A stretch of DNA of 63,798 bases, the filler included, from Folioceros fuciformis (Eukaryota), in assembly GCA_049999805.1 (NCBI GenBank). It is 5 parts of 5 records of this genome, joined end to end, with 100 filler letters (N's around TTAATTAATTAA, not from the genome) between each part and the next. Parts side by side here need not be neighbours in the genome. Positions count along the whole stretch, not along the records: positions 1 to 21,924 come from JBNGIO010004599.1; 4 more parts are not named here. The stretch is one strand, 5' to 3'. A program made the position numbers and the translations under genes. The notes beneath the pieces are model-generated. The model worked only from the letters and a program-made list of their open reading frames with translations, was not told the DNA's origin and did no database searches. Below are positions 1-12,095 of this stretch, one piece after another. Position 1 is the stretch's first letter. Every line of letters starts with the position of its first letter.

Positions 1-151
1 TAGACCTATGCATGAGTGGTTTGACCCTTCTTTCCAAGTTGGACTCTTCTTCATAGACCTATGCATGAGTGGTTTGACCCTTCTTTCCAAGTTGGACTCT
101 TCTTCGTAGACCTATGCATGAGTGGTTTGACCCTTCTTTCCAAGTTGGACT
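1..151. repeat. 53-bp tandem repeat, about 3 copies, inside a copia element
   Basis: TAGACCTATGCATGAGTGGTTTGACCCTTCTTTCCAAGTTGGACT recurs at 1, 54 and 107. Confidence 0.9.
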
Positions 152-1933
152 TGTTACTTTGGACACTAGCTTAGCAACTGTTCTTCGTGCTTCCTCCTCC
201 TTAGGTGAACCTGCTATGTATAAGGAGGCTATTGAGGGCCCAGAATCCGTTTTTTGGAAGGCAGCCATAGACTTCGAATATAATTCTCTCATAGCCAACG
301 ATACTTGGAAACTAGTCGACTTGCCTAAGGGTCATAAGCCAGTAGCTTGCAAATGGGTCTTTAAAAGGAAGATGAATATTGATGGCAGCGTAGGACATTA
401 TAAAGCGAAACTTGTCGCTAAGGGATATAGCCAAGTGGCTGGCCTGAATTACAACGAGACCTTTGCTCCAGTTGTTAGGTCCACCTCCATAAGAATATTG
501 TTATCTTTGGCAGCCCACTATGGTCTTCATGTTCACCAACTTGATGTTAAGACAACCTTCTTAAGTGGATCACTTGATGAAGAGATTTATATGTCACAAC
601 CAAAAGGTTACCTAGTGGATGTTGGCAAAGTATGTTTGCTACTCAAGACCATATATGGATTTCAAGAATTTAGCAAGGCCTGGAATGAGACTTTTCATGC
701 TTCTCTTGTTGAGTTGGGAGCCACATGTCGTGATGCTGATAGTAGTGTGCCATAGCTGTGACTAGCAGATCAACTTTAAGTAGAGGTACCCCTACCTCCT
801 CCACTCACCATCCCATCCCATCCGTTCCTGAGAGGATAAGTGCCAAACAGACACTGGGTAAACTAGGGCACACAGTAAATAGATTGAAGGTAATTAGATG
901 TTAGGGGTACGATTAGGACGGTTAGTTATGTTCATCAAGAACACAATTGTAATGACCTCCCAACAGCCGTCTCCGGCCTCTTGGATTGAACCTAGCCAAG
1001 GCCTTATAAGGAACGGACATCGATGGGAGGGTCATACTAGGCTGTGAAGGGTCTCACTAAGCAACGTGTGCAGAATTGGATCGTTGCATAGTGTGTGCAT
1101 CTTATGGGATGGAGAGGACTTCCTAATCTTAATAATCTATAGTGATGACAATTTCTTGTTTTGCACTTCTTTGCTTCTTATGGATAGGATTAAAGATGTT
1201 TTGTTATCTCGTTTCGAGATGACGGACTTAGGCTTGTTGAGATTCTCTCAGGGTGTCCAATTTCAATTCTCAGCTGATAGACACCGTAGAAATTCATCAG
1301 GAGCACTATGTTCATCAATTGCTGGAGCACTTTAACATGTTTGATGCTCCTCCAGTATCAATGCCCATGTCCACAGGTCAGAAACTATCCAAGGAGCAGT
1401 GCCCTTCCACTCAAGAGGAGATGGACATCATGTTATCTTGTCCATATAGGTAAGCAAATGGGCAGGGGATCTTGACTCTTGAGGAAGCATTTGCTGCATA
1501 GTGCAATTGGTTGGGAGGCTCTATCATTTCATGGTCGACCAAGAAGCTCACAATTATCTGCTTGTCTTCAACAAAAGCAAAGTATGGAGCTTTATCTCAC
1601 ACAACCCAAGAAGTCATATGGATCCATTCCTTTCGGAGAGGAGTACAACAATTGCCTACAAGACCTGCCAGACTATGGTGTGCCAACCAGCCTGCAATAG
1701 CACTCTCTAGGAATCCAGTTTTTCATACCAGATCAAAACACATAGAAATTACACATCATTTCATGAGGCAGGCAGCAGATACAGGTGTGGTAGAGGTGAT
1801 GTATATTCCAACTGGTGACAATATAATAGATTTACTTACCAAAGCATTGCCCAAGCATTTACATTTGAAGCACACTATTGCTGTAGGGCTAAACCTGGCT
1901 TCATCCCATCATAAGCCAGGCATAGCACACTAG
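114..1933 (+). mobile_element. Degenerate Ty1/copia pol (RT and RNase H), frameshifted and interrupted
   Basis: Motifs CKWVFKRK, YKAKLVAKGYSQ, HQLDVKTTFL, IYSDD (YVDD equivalent), MTDLG and NPVFHTRSKHIEITHHF, spread over several ORFs with stops and frameshifts. Confidence 0.95.
748..1088. mobile_element. Solo LTR (341 bp) inserted into the copia RT
   Basis: Starts TGCCA and ends TTGCA, flanked by TAGTG at 743-747 and 1089-1093. Removing it restores DADSSVCILWDGEDFLIL. TATA-like CTTATAAG near 1003. Confidence 0.9.
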
Positions 1934-2268
1934 ACTAGTTGTTCTCACATCATGCTTAGGTGTTCAGGTTTCTTGCTTGAACTTTCCCTTAAGTGTTTGC
2001 AGCTTTTCCCAGCAGTGCTGCAACTCACATGACAATGAGGTAAGGGGCATTAGACAAGCATGGTGAGAAATGTAAGACCCAGGAAGTGTAGGGTGGATAA
2101 AGCGTGGATAAAACTTTCACTCACATGTAATAGCCTGCCCACGTCGAGGTCAGGAGGTATCACCTTTTTCATGTTCTCCAGCCCTAGAAGGATGCCTTCG
2201 CTTTTGCTGTTTTATGTTTTATATTTTTTTTAGGTTAATTTCCTGTTTATGTCGCCTAAGAGGGAGCG

Positions 2269-2736
2269 TGGAGAAACGCATTTACCGATAATTACACTGT
2301 GTTTAGTCTCATAAACAGAAAACAATTTTTCCTTGTATATAACTATGGCTATTCATTTTATCAAATAACCGTTTTTCCATTTTTCCTTCGAATCTCGCTT
2401 GTCACGCTCGTGCGCCCCCTTCACATCCCAGGATCGCGAAAAGGCTCTGAGTGGGAAGAATACTGCACTGGGCGCTCAGCAGGTGAGATGCAACACCAGG
2501 TCGAGGCCAGCCTGTCCGTATCCTCAGAGACATCCCAGGCCTAATGAAGTGACAGTCCAGACCATAGCTGAACCGTCACCAGCAGCTCTACATCCAAGAG
2601 GCATCAACCATACGCACCAACCGACGCACCTGTTCGCATAGCACCCTGCACAGACACAAGAACCAGCATGAACACTCAACGCTGAAATCAATTCTTAGAC
2701 CGAATGAAAACAAGAGTATATCTGAAACGTTTTCCA
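2269..2736 (+). mobile_element. Probable 3' LTR of the copia element
   Basis: Polypurine tract AAGAGGGAGCG directly followed by TGGAGAAACG; imperfect inverted end CGTTTTCCA at 2728-2736. Confidence 0.6.
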
Positions 2737-3369
2737 AGGCCTTACTGCAATCTTCCACAGCGGAGAAGGGTGAGCTGCTTCTGTGCAGCCATGGCCAGAC
2801 CGTCCACTCTGACCAGCGAAAAGTATGGAGAGAACTCTTGCTGATGCGAATGCCACTACTTTTCCACCGACATTACAAGCAGTCAATGCCGATTTGTTTA
2901 TTGCTTCCTCCACCACATTCCTCTCCTTCATAGTGCTTCCAACAGCTCATTAGAGCGCATGCTATAGCCCATATCAAGTCATGGGATGCTAGCAAAGGGC
3001 TGTCTGCCAAGATATTGCAATTGTGAAAACAGCACGCTTGCCTCCAGTTTCGTGGCACAGCATGTGGCAACATTGACTTCTCAGTTGACTGTCGAAGGCT
3101 CAAACAACAGTTCCTGCGAGCTTGCGCTTGCGTTCCCCGAGAAACGTAGGCGCCAGAAGTATGAAGTAGGTAGAATCAGCTTCCATTTCAAGAAGCAAAA
3201 AGGAAACGAAAGGAGGGAAGCAGCTTGGAGGTTGAGCAACGCAGGCCTTGCTTTCCACACTTGACCGAAGGAAACAGGCAGTCGGCAGGCGAGGTGCAAC
3301 ACCACAGGTTGTTGAAAATGGCAGCCATGCGGTGCGGTGTTTCTGGGTTTGCAGCGAGGAACCCACAGG

Positions 3370-5133
3370 CTAGCTGCGGCGGCGGCGGCGGCGGTAATTG
3401 CGACTCCCCTGGTGCGCGTCCGTGAAGGTGAAATTGAAAGTGGGCAACGCGTCCTGCGACCGAACAGCGTATGCCGCACAGAGGCGCTGATCGTGGCAGG
3501 TTTGCGTGCCCAACGCGGTCCTCATTCTGACAATGTCGTCGGTGAAGGTGGAGCCTCGACTGCCCATGAAGAGTTTGGCCATGGCACACAGCAGCTTGTC
3601 GAGAGCGGTATGTGCCAGCGCCTGCCCGTCCAGCTTCATCCCGTTCCAAGCATTGGCCCAGTAGAAGTTGTCGGGCGGGCCCAGCTGTTCCGGGCGGCGC
3701 AGAAGCGTGACCGGACCCCCACCCCGCGGATTCGCTGCCAGAAGCTTCTCCAGCAGTGTCAACTCCAAGGGCTTGGCGTCGGTGGCCACGAACACCATGT
3801 TGATGTTGGTGCCTTCCAGCTTCTCCAGGATGCAGTTGGCTATGGCGCCTATGGATGGAAGCTTGCATCCAGCGCTGACGGAGAAAGTGCCTTGCCCGCC
3901 CGCCTGCTTCTGGCAGTTGTCCGCCCAGGCGTGGTAGAAATCGCCCCGCCTCATATGCACTGCCATGTACTGCGGCCCGAAGATGGTCTTCACCAGCCCC
4001 TTGGCGGCCAGGATGATCGCCACATGCGGCTGAGCTACAAGCTTACAAGACAGCCCGGCGAAAGGCAGATTGGGGCTGCTGTACGTCTCCTTGGCCACAT
4101 CCTTGAAGTGGTTCATGTTGTACAGGTCCCCGAAGCTAATGAGGCGATCGCGCAAGCCCCCGAACTCCCGGTGCAGGTCGCGGACAGAGCCCACCTTCTT
4201 CCTGTACTCCCAGCCGGAGAATTCCGCCGGGATTGCCACTCCCTTGGGAAACATCTTCCGGATCCTGTCCAGGTCGCACCTGTCCTTCCAGCACCAGACG
4301 CCGTCGAGCACCGCATCCTTCACCTGCTTCCCGCCCTCCCACAGCCCCTCCATCTCCAGGTATTCCCGGAAAGTGACCACGGTCCGGTTAGCGGACGCCC
4401 CTGATCCCCCGATGCACCGCCGGGCGTGCTCCGCGTCGAACACCAGCCCGTAGTCGTAGCCCGTCAGGCCGTCCCGCTCCGGCATCACCAGCGTCCTGTT
4501 CAGCAGCGTCGCAAGCAGCATGTACCACGTGACGCAGTTGAGGCGGTTGGAAATCTGGCCATAGTCGCAGATGGGCAGCAGGTAGAGCCCAGCGGCTGGC
4601 GTCCAGGTGAGCAAAGCCGAATCCGGCTGCGTGTACTCGTATTTGCCGTCGTCCCGGCAGTATCGCATCGCCTGCAGCTCCTGGTAGGGTGCGCTCCCGA
4701 CGGGGTAGAGCGGCAGAAGCTTGGAGACGTCGGAGCTGGGATACTCCTGCCATGCGCGGCTCTCTTCCGTCCCATTCAATGATGCTGCATTCCCCGAGCT
4801 TCCACCTGATCCGGGTCCTCCTGCTGCTTCGGCTACTGCACGTGTGATCTTGGAATCGACGTCCTCCAACTTGGCCTGAATAAGGGACTGGGAGTCCTTG
4901 AGATCGCGCGCGGCGTCAAGTGTGGACTGGAACAAGGATAGGAGGTGTGCAGAGGTGATGCCCTGCCCGCCCCTTGAATCCGAGGTGGAGCCAGCATCGG
5001 CTGACCAAGCCAACGGGCCCTCTGAAAGTACTCCCACGCGCAACAGCGCCACAGTGGCGGCCACCAGGAAAATGCAGATGGCCAGAACGTAAGCTGGCCT
5101 GATGCCGCCCGAGCTCCACAGCCCCTTCAACAT
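3370..5133 (-). CDS. O-fucosyltransferase-family (POFUT2-like, GT-B) Golgi type II membrane glycosyltransferase, single exon, 587 aa
   Basis: N-terminal TM helix and stem; GQISNRL...ATLLNRTLVMP; AVHMRRGDF; VFVATD; LDKLLCAMAKLFMGSRGSTFTDDI (GDP-fucose-binding motifs). Confidence 0.88.
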   Translation of the reverse strand: MLKGLWSSGGIRPAYVLAICIFLVAATVALLRVGVLSEGPLAWSADAGSTSDSRGGQGITSAHLLSLFQSTLDAARDLKDSQSLIQAKLEDVDSKITRAVAEAAGGPGSGGSSGNAASLNGTEESRAWQEYPSSDVSKLLPLYPVGSAPYQELQAMRYCRDDGKYEYTQPDSALLTWTPAAGLYLLPICDYGQISNRLNCVTWYMLLATLLNRTLVMPERDGLTGYDYGLVFDAEHARRCIGGSGASANRTVVTFREYLEMEGLWEGGKQVKDAVLDGVWCWKDRCDLDRIRKMFPKGVAIPAEFSGWEYRKKVGSVRDLHREFGGLRDRLISFGDLYNMNHFKDVAKETYSSPNLPFAGLSCKLVAQPHVAIILAAKGLVKTIFGPQYMAVHMRRGDFYHAWADNCQKQAGGQGTFSVSAGCKLPSIGAIANCILEKLEGTNINMVFVATDAKPLELTLLEKLLAANPRGGGPVTLLRRPEQLGPPDNFYWANAWNGMKLDGQALAHTALDKLLCAMAKLFMGSRGSTFTDDIVRMRTALGTQTCHDQRLCAAYAVRSQDALPTFNFTFTDAHQGSRNYRRRRRRS

Positions 5134-6313
5134 GCTTTCCGTGAGGGCAGCTGCGGCTCCTGCGGCCGCACTCAGGTGAGCGAACTTTGGCCACGATCTG
5201 CAACATGAAACATCGCCATGTAATAAAACTGCCGCTTGCTTCCCGGCGCCACTCAGGCGGTACCAACTATGTATCTGTCCTAGTGTGGGGTGTTGGGAGC
5301 ATCATGATTCCAGCGCCTTTACGAAGGCACGCCCCCAGCCGCCGTCCTCACAAGACCACATGGCGCTCCAGGGCCGAGGTCATCATCCCCCAAAATATGC
5401 CATCATCTTCTGGACATCTACCTCCATCAAACGCCCAGTCACCACCTATGCTTGTTGCCCGTTTCCTTCGGTAACGGCGTCAAGAACGTGGATTGTAATG
5501 GGCTCCGCAAGTGTTTACGATGCCGTGCAACTGGAATTTCAATGCGTGTATGCAGGATGGATCATGTATGTGGGTTGCTGGTGGATCCTGGATTCCAGAC
5601 CGGTACAGTACTGCGGCCGGCAGGCGCGGGACCATATACATACGTACATCAAATGTATCGTGGGCTGAACCGGCCGATTTGATTGGTGCTTTAGTCAGGA
5701 CCCCAGTACATAGATGCTCTACAGACTGCCACGAGGAGGTGTCCGGATGTCGAACGACATCTCTAAGAGACTTGTACTGCTTTGAAATTCTCTTTTCTTG
5801 TCGTGAAACTCGGCCCTTGGAAGAAGTTTCTTGGAGAGCTCGGGCATTCAACCGGGCAACTTCACATAGCCCCCTTGGTAAACCACCCTGTCCAATTGCT
5901 TGTGGATTCATCCGGCATTTCATTGACGCAAGCTCGACCTGCATATGGGTGCGGGGTTCTGTCGGCTGGCTGGTCTGTGGTTGTGCTGGTTCTTGGCAAC
6001 CGCCTGGCTCACTCGATGGATGAGGACATTTGTTGGGCTCACCAGGCAGAGCATGCTGCCGGAGGCGAATGTCACAGCCAACCAGCGTTTTTGCATAAAT
6101 GCTGCTCTTGCGTGCTTCAGGTGCTGCAACTTCCTCTGTGACCATGAGTTTACGAAATGAATGCATGTCCAGAGTTACATACTGCATGTGGTAAATCTGC
6201 AGAAACGGGAAGGATGTACATACATTGCTGGTGGCTCTGAATTAATCCACAAGTTGTCGCTTGCTCTCCGCTTGTTTTGAAGTTACTGGGCAATTGTAGA
6301 CAGTTTTCTCTGT

Positions 6314-7654
6314 ATGCATCGTGCGGACAGTGAAGCAGGAAGATGGACATACGATCCAACTCCAAGATACATTCCACCCAACATTGCAGGAGATGATGAA
6401 ACCAATGCCTGTGACGAAAGATGGAGGAAAGCCAAGGACGGGGCAGTGAGCGGGCAGGAGGCCAACAACATTGCGAGGGCACACGTTAATGCAAGCGCTT
6501 GGAAGGTGACCTTGTCCATGCCCGCTGCTGCACGCCTTAAAGATCGCACCTAGACCACAAAGCTTATGAACCCCCATTAATTTATGACACTCCAGACGGG
6601 CAATCTAATTTACAGTCTTGGACGTTGCTGAAGATTGAAATTTTTGTCACAGCTGCTAAAGTTTTTGGTAGGAATGTCACCAGGTCAGGGAAGAGCTGAA
6701 ATGGTACTGGAAGACGAACGAGAGCTGCCCGCTGACACCTTTCAACCGGGAGGACTTCTGCAGGTGAGTGAAGCCATGGACGCCGGATCTGCAGCGCTTT
6801 GCAATCGAAGGCCAACCGATAGAACACAGCTTTGGCAAACACGCTGAGCAAAGATATGACTGCAGACGAGTCGGCCAAGGCAACAACGTCCTGATAGTGG
6901 GTGACTCGCTAAGCCAGGAGGTGATGTGGAGCCTCACGAACCACGTGGTGATCAACACCACGGGGATGCAGCTCCCGCTGAAGCACGAGCAGAGAAGCTT
7001 CCAGGGCTGGCCACTTTGCACGGACGTGTTCCCACACGGGCCCGGATTCCGCATCGGCTACATCCGCAACGACAGACTGTCTGCCGTCCAGCAGCCCATC
7101 ATAGACACCCAAGCCAATTTCTATGAGTGGCCGTGGATCGACAAGCTCGTCGAGTGGAACATATCGTTGTTGCTCCTCAACAAAGGAGCCCACTACGAGG
7201 AAGGCGCTGTCTTCTCCCAATCTCTCACCGACACGTTCGCCATCCTCAGATCTCGCTTCCCCCACCTGCTTGTGGTGTACAGGAACACCCCTCCTGGTAC
7301 GTCACACGCCTACCCACAGCTGCAATACGCTTGTTCTGGGCAAGCTTAGAGCGCAAATGCTGATCGGTCCGGATTGCAGGCCACAGGGATTGCCAGAGCT
7401 ACGACAGGCCGTTGGCAGACCGGCAAGACCCGGCCACCCTCCCGCACCAGTGGGGACAGTTTGGGAGGCAAAACCAGGTGTCCAAGCTCCTCACTCTTAC
7501 CGCAGGCTACATCTTTCTGGACATGGATGCTGCCCTGAGTCTGCGAGGAGACAGCCATCTGGAAGCCGGGGACTGCCTGCACTATTGTCTACCCGGACCC
7601 ATGGATACCTTTCCTCTCCTTTTCTACAATCTTCTCCTCCTCCTGCCGCACTGA
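6314..7654 (+). CDS. TBL/PC-esterase (trichome birefringence-like) polysaccharide O-acetyltransferase; multi-exon, 5' end uncertain (may begin near 5950)
   Basis: GRWTYD; LKWYWKTNESCPLTPFNREDFC; intron ~6764-6865; VLIVGDSL (GDS motif); NKGAHY; YRNTPPG; intron ~7297-7380; RGDSH...DCLHYCLPGPMD (DxxH motif); stop at 7654. Confidence 0.85.
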
Positions 7655-8682
7655 TGGTCACACCGCTTACTGTCGTGTGTTCACGAAATCGAAACTGTAC
7701 AACAGTAAGCCGAAAGGAAGAAAAGGAAGTATGAGAACTTGACCTCAGGAGTGTGCAGAAATGTTGACCTTCAATCTCTGCTGGCAGTGAACGTGGGTCA
7801 GGTCGTGAAGAGCCACTTTTCTTTTCGCACAAACGCCACAGCCTTCTACTCACCCCATCATATAAAAGGTGTGTCCATGTAGCCTCACATGAAAAGCCTG
7901 GGGCCTGGACACAGATTTCTAGGTCAGGTACTAATTACCAGTGTTGTTTCCATAGCTTCCTCTTGCCTTGTGTCAAAATCTAGGGAAAGGAAACATACCC
8001 TGGGACTTCGAGTCCAGAATCGAGATGTGGGGCGGGGCTCGTTTGCCGATACAGGGCTGATGGGTCCTGTTGCACTGTCCCCTTCTCCGTTAACCCATTC
8101 CCTGCCCAGCAGGAATCAGGTTCGTTTTCAAGTCTCATCATCAAGCACTCACACCACGGTAGTTCAAGGTACCTAATGAATCAGGTGGTGTACACACTGT
8201 ATGTAGTTGTTTTCAGAGTCGTAGCTACAGTTAGCACATGACTCGCTCGCTGCACGGAAACCGTCCCGTTTGGGTCCCCATTTCCGGCCCGGACGTGCCT
8301 GCGCTTCCTTCCTTCAGGCCCAGCGGGCCTTGCCTGTTCTGAGACTGCTGCGGCGTGGTCGCATCAGCAACAGCAACAACGTAGTCGGAATCTGTGTCCA
8401 CGACGGCTGAGGCGTGCTCACATCAGCAATCTTGTCCGAATCTCTCCACGGGGGCTGAAGCGTAGTCACCTGAGCACTCTTGGCCGCATCTCCTGGGTTC
8501 GAAAAAGTAGCCCCAAGCCAAGAACGCCGAATATGCACTGCATGTATTTGGAGTCAACTCTGTGGCGGTTGTGGAGGCTGGACAGCCTGTTTTCCTTGTT
8601 TTGGTCTGTCCCTCCCATGACTTGATGCCTGAAGCCAGGCTCGAGCTGAAGCAGCAGCAAAAGCGACAGGGGTAGCGACGCG

Positions 8683-10883
8683 ATGAGTCAGGGAAAGGGG
8701 CTGCTGCAGACGAGCCCCTCTCGCGATCGAAAGCAGAATGGCTTCCCAGCAGCAGCATCTTCCTGGAGGATGTGTTGGATCGCATCGTTCCTGGCGGTGA
8801 CCATGGTGTTCGCATATGGATTGCTGGATGAAATCGTGGGTTTGCCCTGGATTCTGGGGTCGTACCAGACCCGCGGCCAGGTTCTTGCGAACACGCAGCA
8901 AGAGCTGGGATCCGGAGCGCCGGAATGGCCGGACTGCCTGAGCAGGTCGCAGCACCCCCTCTACTTCAGAGCCTCCAGGAGGTTCCCCATGTCGCAGAAG
9001 CTGGCAACGCGGATGGAGGAGTATGAGCGGATGCACCGCAGGTGCGTTGTGGGCAGGGATTTGAATGCCGAGGTGGAGAATCCGGGTAATACGCAGCCTG
9101 AGGTAGTCAGTGAGCGCTGAGCTTCAGGTGGAATTGAGGGGAGAGTTCCTTCAAATTTCAGCGTCCATGGGTTTTCAAGAGCTCCTTCACTTGTGGTGAC
9201 CAGCAGAGCTGTTTTGCAGGAAGACAGCCCGCCTTGCAAGTACCTCTATTTCGTAGAATCAGGGGGCCTGGGGAACAGGTTGTTGGGCTTCGTCTCGGCT
9301 TACGTCTACGCGCTTCTCACCGACAGAGCAATGATCATGGGCCATTTCAGCTCCCTGTCCCATCTGATTTGCAATCCGTTCCCCAGCTCCAGCTTGAATG
9401 TGCCCAGGAATTTCTCTCAAAAGGTACACTGTCATGTACGCACAGCTAGGTTCATGGATAGCCAGCATAGCCTGCAGGTGTTGCATCTGTTGCAAGTTGC
9501 GGGGGAAGTTGCTCACCGTGTGACGTTACACAATATTTGTTCCACAGGCTCTGTGCCTGGCCGAAGTGAAGCTGGAGGACTCGAGCCTCCAGGACTTCAG
9601 CAACGCCAGTGTGGTGAAGGTGAAGGAACAGCACAACGCGCAGGTTTCGGACAGGAGGTTCTACTGCACCTCCACCATGGAGAAGTTGTCGGGAGTGAAG
9701 TGGGTTGTCATGGACACCAACCAGTACCTCATTCCTCGCTTCTTCGCCACGCCGTATCTGTGGCCCGTGATGCGAGACCTGCTGGGGGATGAGCCGTCCC
9801 TCATCTTCACCCGCCTCAGCCGACGGCTGTTGCTGCCGAGAAATGTCATCTGGGACCGCATCATGCGAATCTACTGGACGTACTTGGCGGACGCCAAGAA
9901 GCGGGTGGGCCTCCAGGTGCGTTACAAGTCTTGCACAACCGGGTCCTGGCTGCAGCGATCTTATGCCGCGTTGCGCAGTTCTGTGAGGTTAACCGTGGAT
10001 CGTTGTGCAGATCCGGAGGCACTCCACCAACTTCAAATTCGATCAGTCGGCGCACCACCGCGTCATGCGATGCCTCCTGATGAAGAACATGATCCCCAAC
10101 ACCTCAGAGCCGGTAGCATATGAGCAGCTGCCCAGAACGGATCCCCGCCCTGTGTTCAACGTCACGTCCACTCTGACCCGGCTTTCCAACCAGCTGCGGA
10201 GCGTGAGGGCGGCGCAGGGGAGCCGGCAGGTGTCGCCCCTTGAGGACCGCATCAGCTGGACCAGCAGCAGCCCTGAGAACGTGGTGGCAGACCGGGTGGA
10301 GCGTGGCCGTCCCACCTCCGTCTTCATCGCCTCTCTCAACCCCGAGTACTACGAGGAGATGAAGCGGCAGTACGCCATGAATCCCACCACCGACGGCACA
10401 CTCGTCCGATTTTTCCAGGTGAGCCAACTTGAACTTCTTGCACGCTGGTGTGGGCACAAAGACTGACTCGGCTCCACATGCTCTGGTGCGTGCAATTGCG
10501 AGCAGGTGACTGCGGACAATAGCCAGACTTTCGAGTTCGCCCAGCTGATGGACGCCTTCGCGGAGATGTGGCTGCTGGCTTTCAGCGACGAGATCGCCAC
10601 CAGCGGCTGGTCCACGTTCGGCTACGTAGGCCACGGCATCGGCGGGATAAGGCCGTGGATCATGGACCTGAAAGGGGGGTGGCGGCGGGAGGAAGGCAAG
10701 GCGCCCTGCTGGCTGGCGGGGTCTCAGGAGCCGTGCAACCATTTCCCCTATGTGGAGAGCGTGTGCAGGGACTCCATCACCAACCAGAGCGAGGCAGGCA
10801 TGTTACCCGACCAAGCAGTGTGGGTGAAGCAGCACACCAGTAGCTGCGTGGACGAGAGCAAGGGGATCCAGCTCGTCGCCTGA
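8683..10883 (+). CDS. GT37 xyloglucan/AGP-type alpha-1,2-fucosyltransferase, about 5 exons
   Basis: TM helix; YERMHRRC; CKYL...GLGNRLLGFVSAYVYALLTDR; NQYLIPRFF; VGLQ/IR across an intron; VFIASL; AEMWLLAFSDEIATSGWSTFGYVGHGIGG; SQEPCNHFP. Confidence 0.92.
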
Positions 10884-10927
10884 TGCAAGGCGTGCGTGGT
10901 GCCCACGCCCATCACCATCGTGATGCG

Positions 10928-10958
10928 TACCATACCATACCATACCATACCATACCAC
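10928..10958. repeat. (CATAC)n microsatellite downstream of the GT37 stop
   Basis: TACCATACCATACCATACCATACCATACCAC. Confidence 0.85.
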
Positions 10959-11825
10959 GGTGTGTCCACCTCGAGACGTGAGCCACGAGCCGCGGCTGCT
11001 GCCTCCAGGTGTGGGCGTTCAACTAAAATTTTGGTTCCGCCACTTCAGGCCACAATTTGGAACCTCGGGGTGCCAGGCTAATGCTCACGTCATGTGTGCT
11101 CCGCTGCCGAGTGTGTGTCGTGGATGGACCGGTCTGGCATTCCATTCCTCCGCCAAGCCATTTAGATCGAACTGAAACCAGCTGCTACCAACTCTTACGC
11201 AGGCACTGGAATCGAACCCAACCAAACCACCTTCCTTCCGTGGGACGCTCCTGGTGGGAAACAACTACCACAAGTTCACCTATCCATAACATGGATTATG
11301 TACGTGGAAGGGACGGAGAGACAGACTTGGGAGACGCATGTCCCAACCTGTATACACAGAAAATAAAAAAACAAATAATACAAATATATATATAACTATC
11401 AAGATAAAATAATAATAATCTTAAGTATAAAAACAATTTCATAAAGAATTGCAAAATAGTAGCCTGGGTGGTACTGCTGTTGTGAATATTATATTTAAAA
11501 AATTAAACACTCTTAAAAAGCGTTATGAAAAAAAAATTGAGGATTCTAAAAAAGCTTATTAGAGAGAGAAAATTAGATATTTATGCACTTCTTTTCAAAG
11601 GACAAGGTATTGGTAAAATGTTCTTGGTCTTACAAATTTTGGATGTCCATCTTCTTGATAACAATCACATTAGTACATGAGCCTTCTTTCTTCGGAAATC
11701 TTCTGAGTATTTTATTTAAAAGAGAGAGGAAGTCTCATCTACCCTAAACAAGAATAAGAAAAACCAAGAGTATCTCTCTTATGCAACACTCTTGTCATAT
11801 GGTGTTGAAAAAACCTAGATCCATA

Positions 11826-12095
11826 TGTTGCATGAAAAAACCCAAGTTTCATCATCCAAAAAGCCATATGGGCTACATAACATAACATTCATAACATAGC
11901 ATTAAGGTTGCATGAAGAAAGTCGTACTACATAAGAAAACATTACGTTGCATGAAGAAAGTTCTGTTACGTTGCATAAAGAAAGTTGTGTCACGTTCCAC
12001 AAGATAACGTTATGTTGCATGAAGAAAGTTGTGTTACGTTGCATGAAGAAAGTTGTGTCACTTTCCACAAGATAACCTTATGTTGCATGAAGAAA
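11826..12095. repeat. Imperfect minisatellite, core GTTGCATGAAGAAAGT, about 8 or more units
   Basis: Repeated (AC)GTTGCATGAAGAAAGTTGTG with a higher-order ...CCACAAGATAAC... subunit. Confidence 0.8.
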
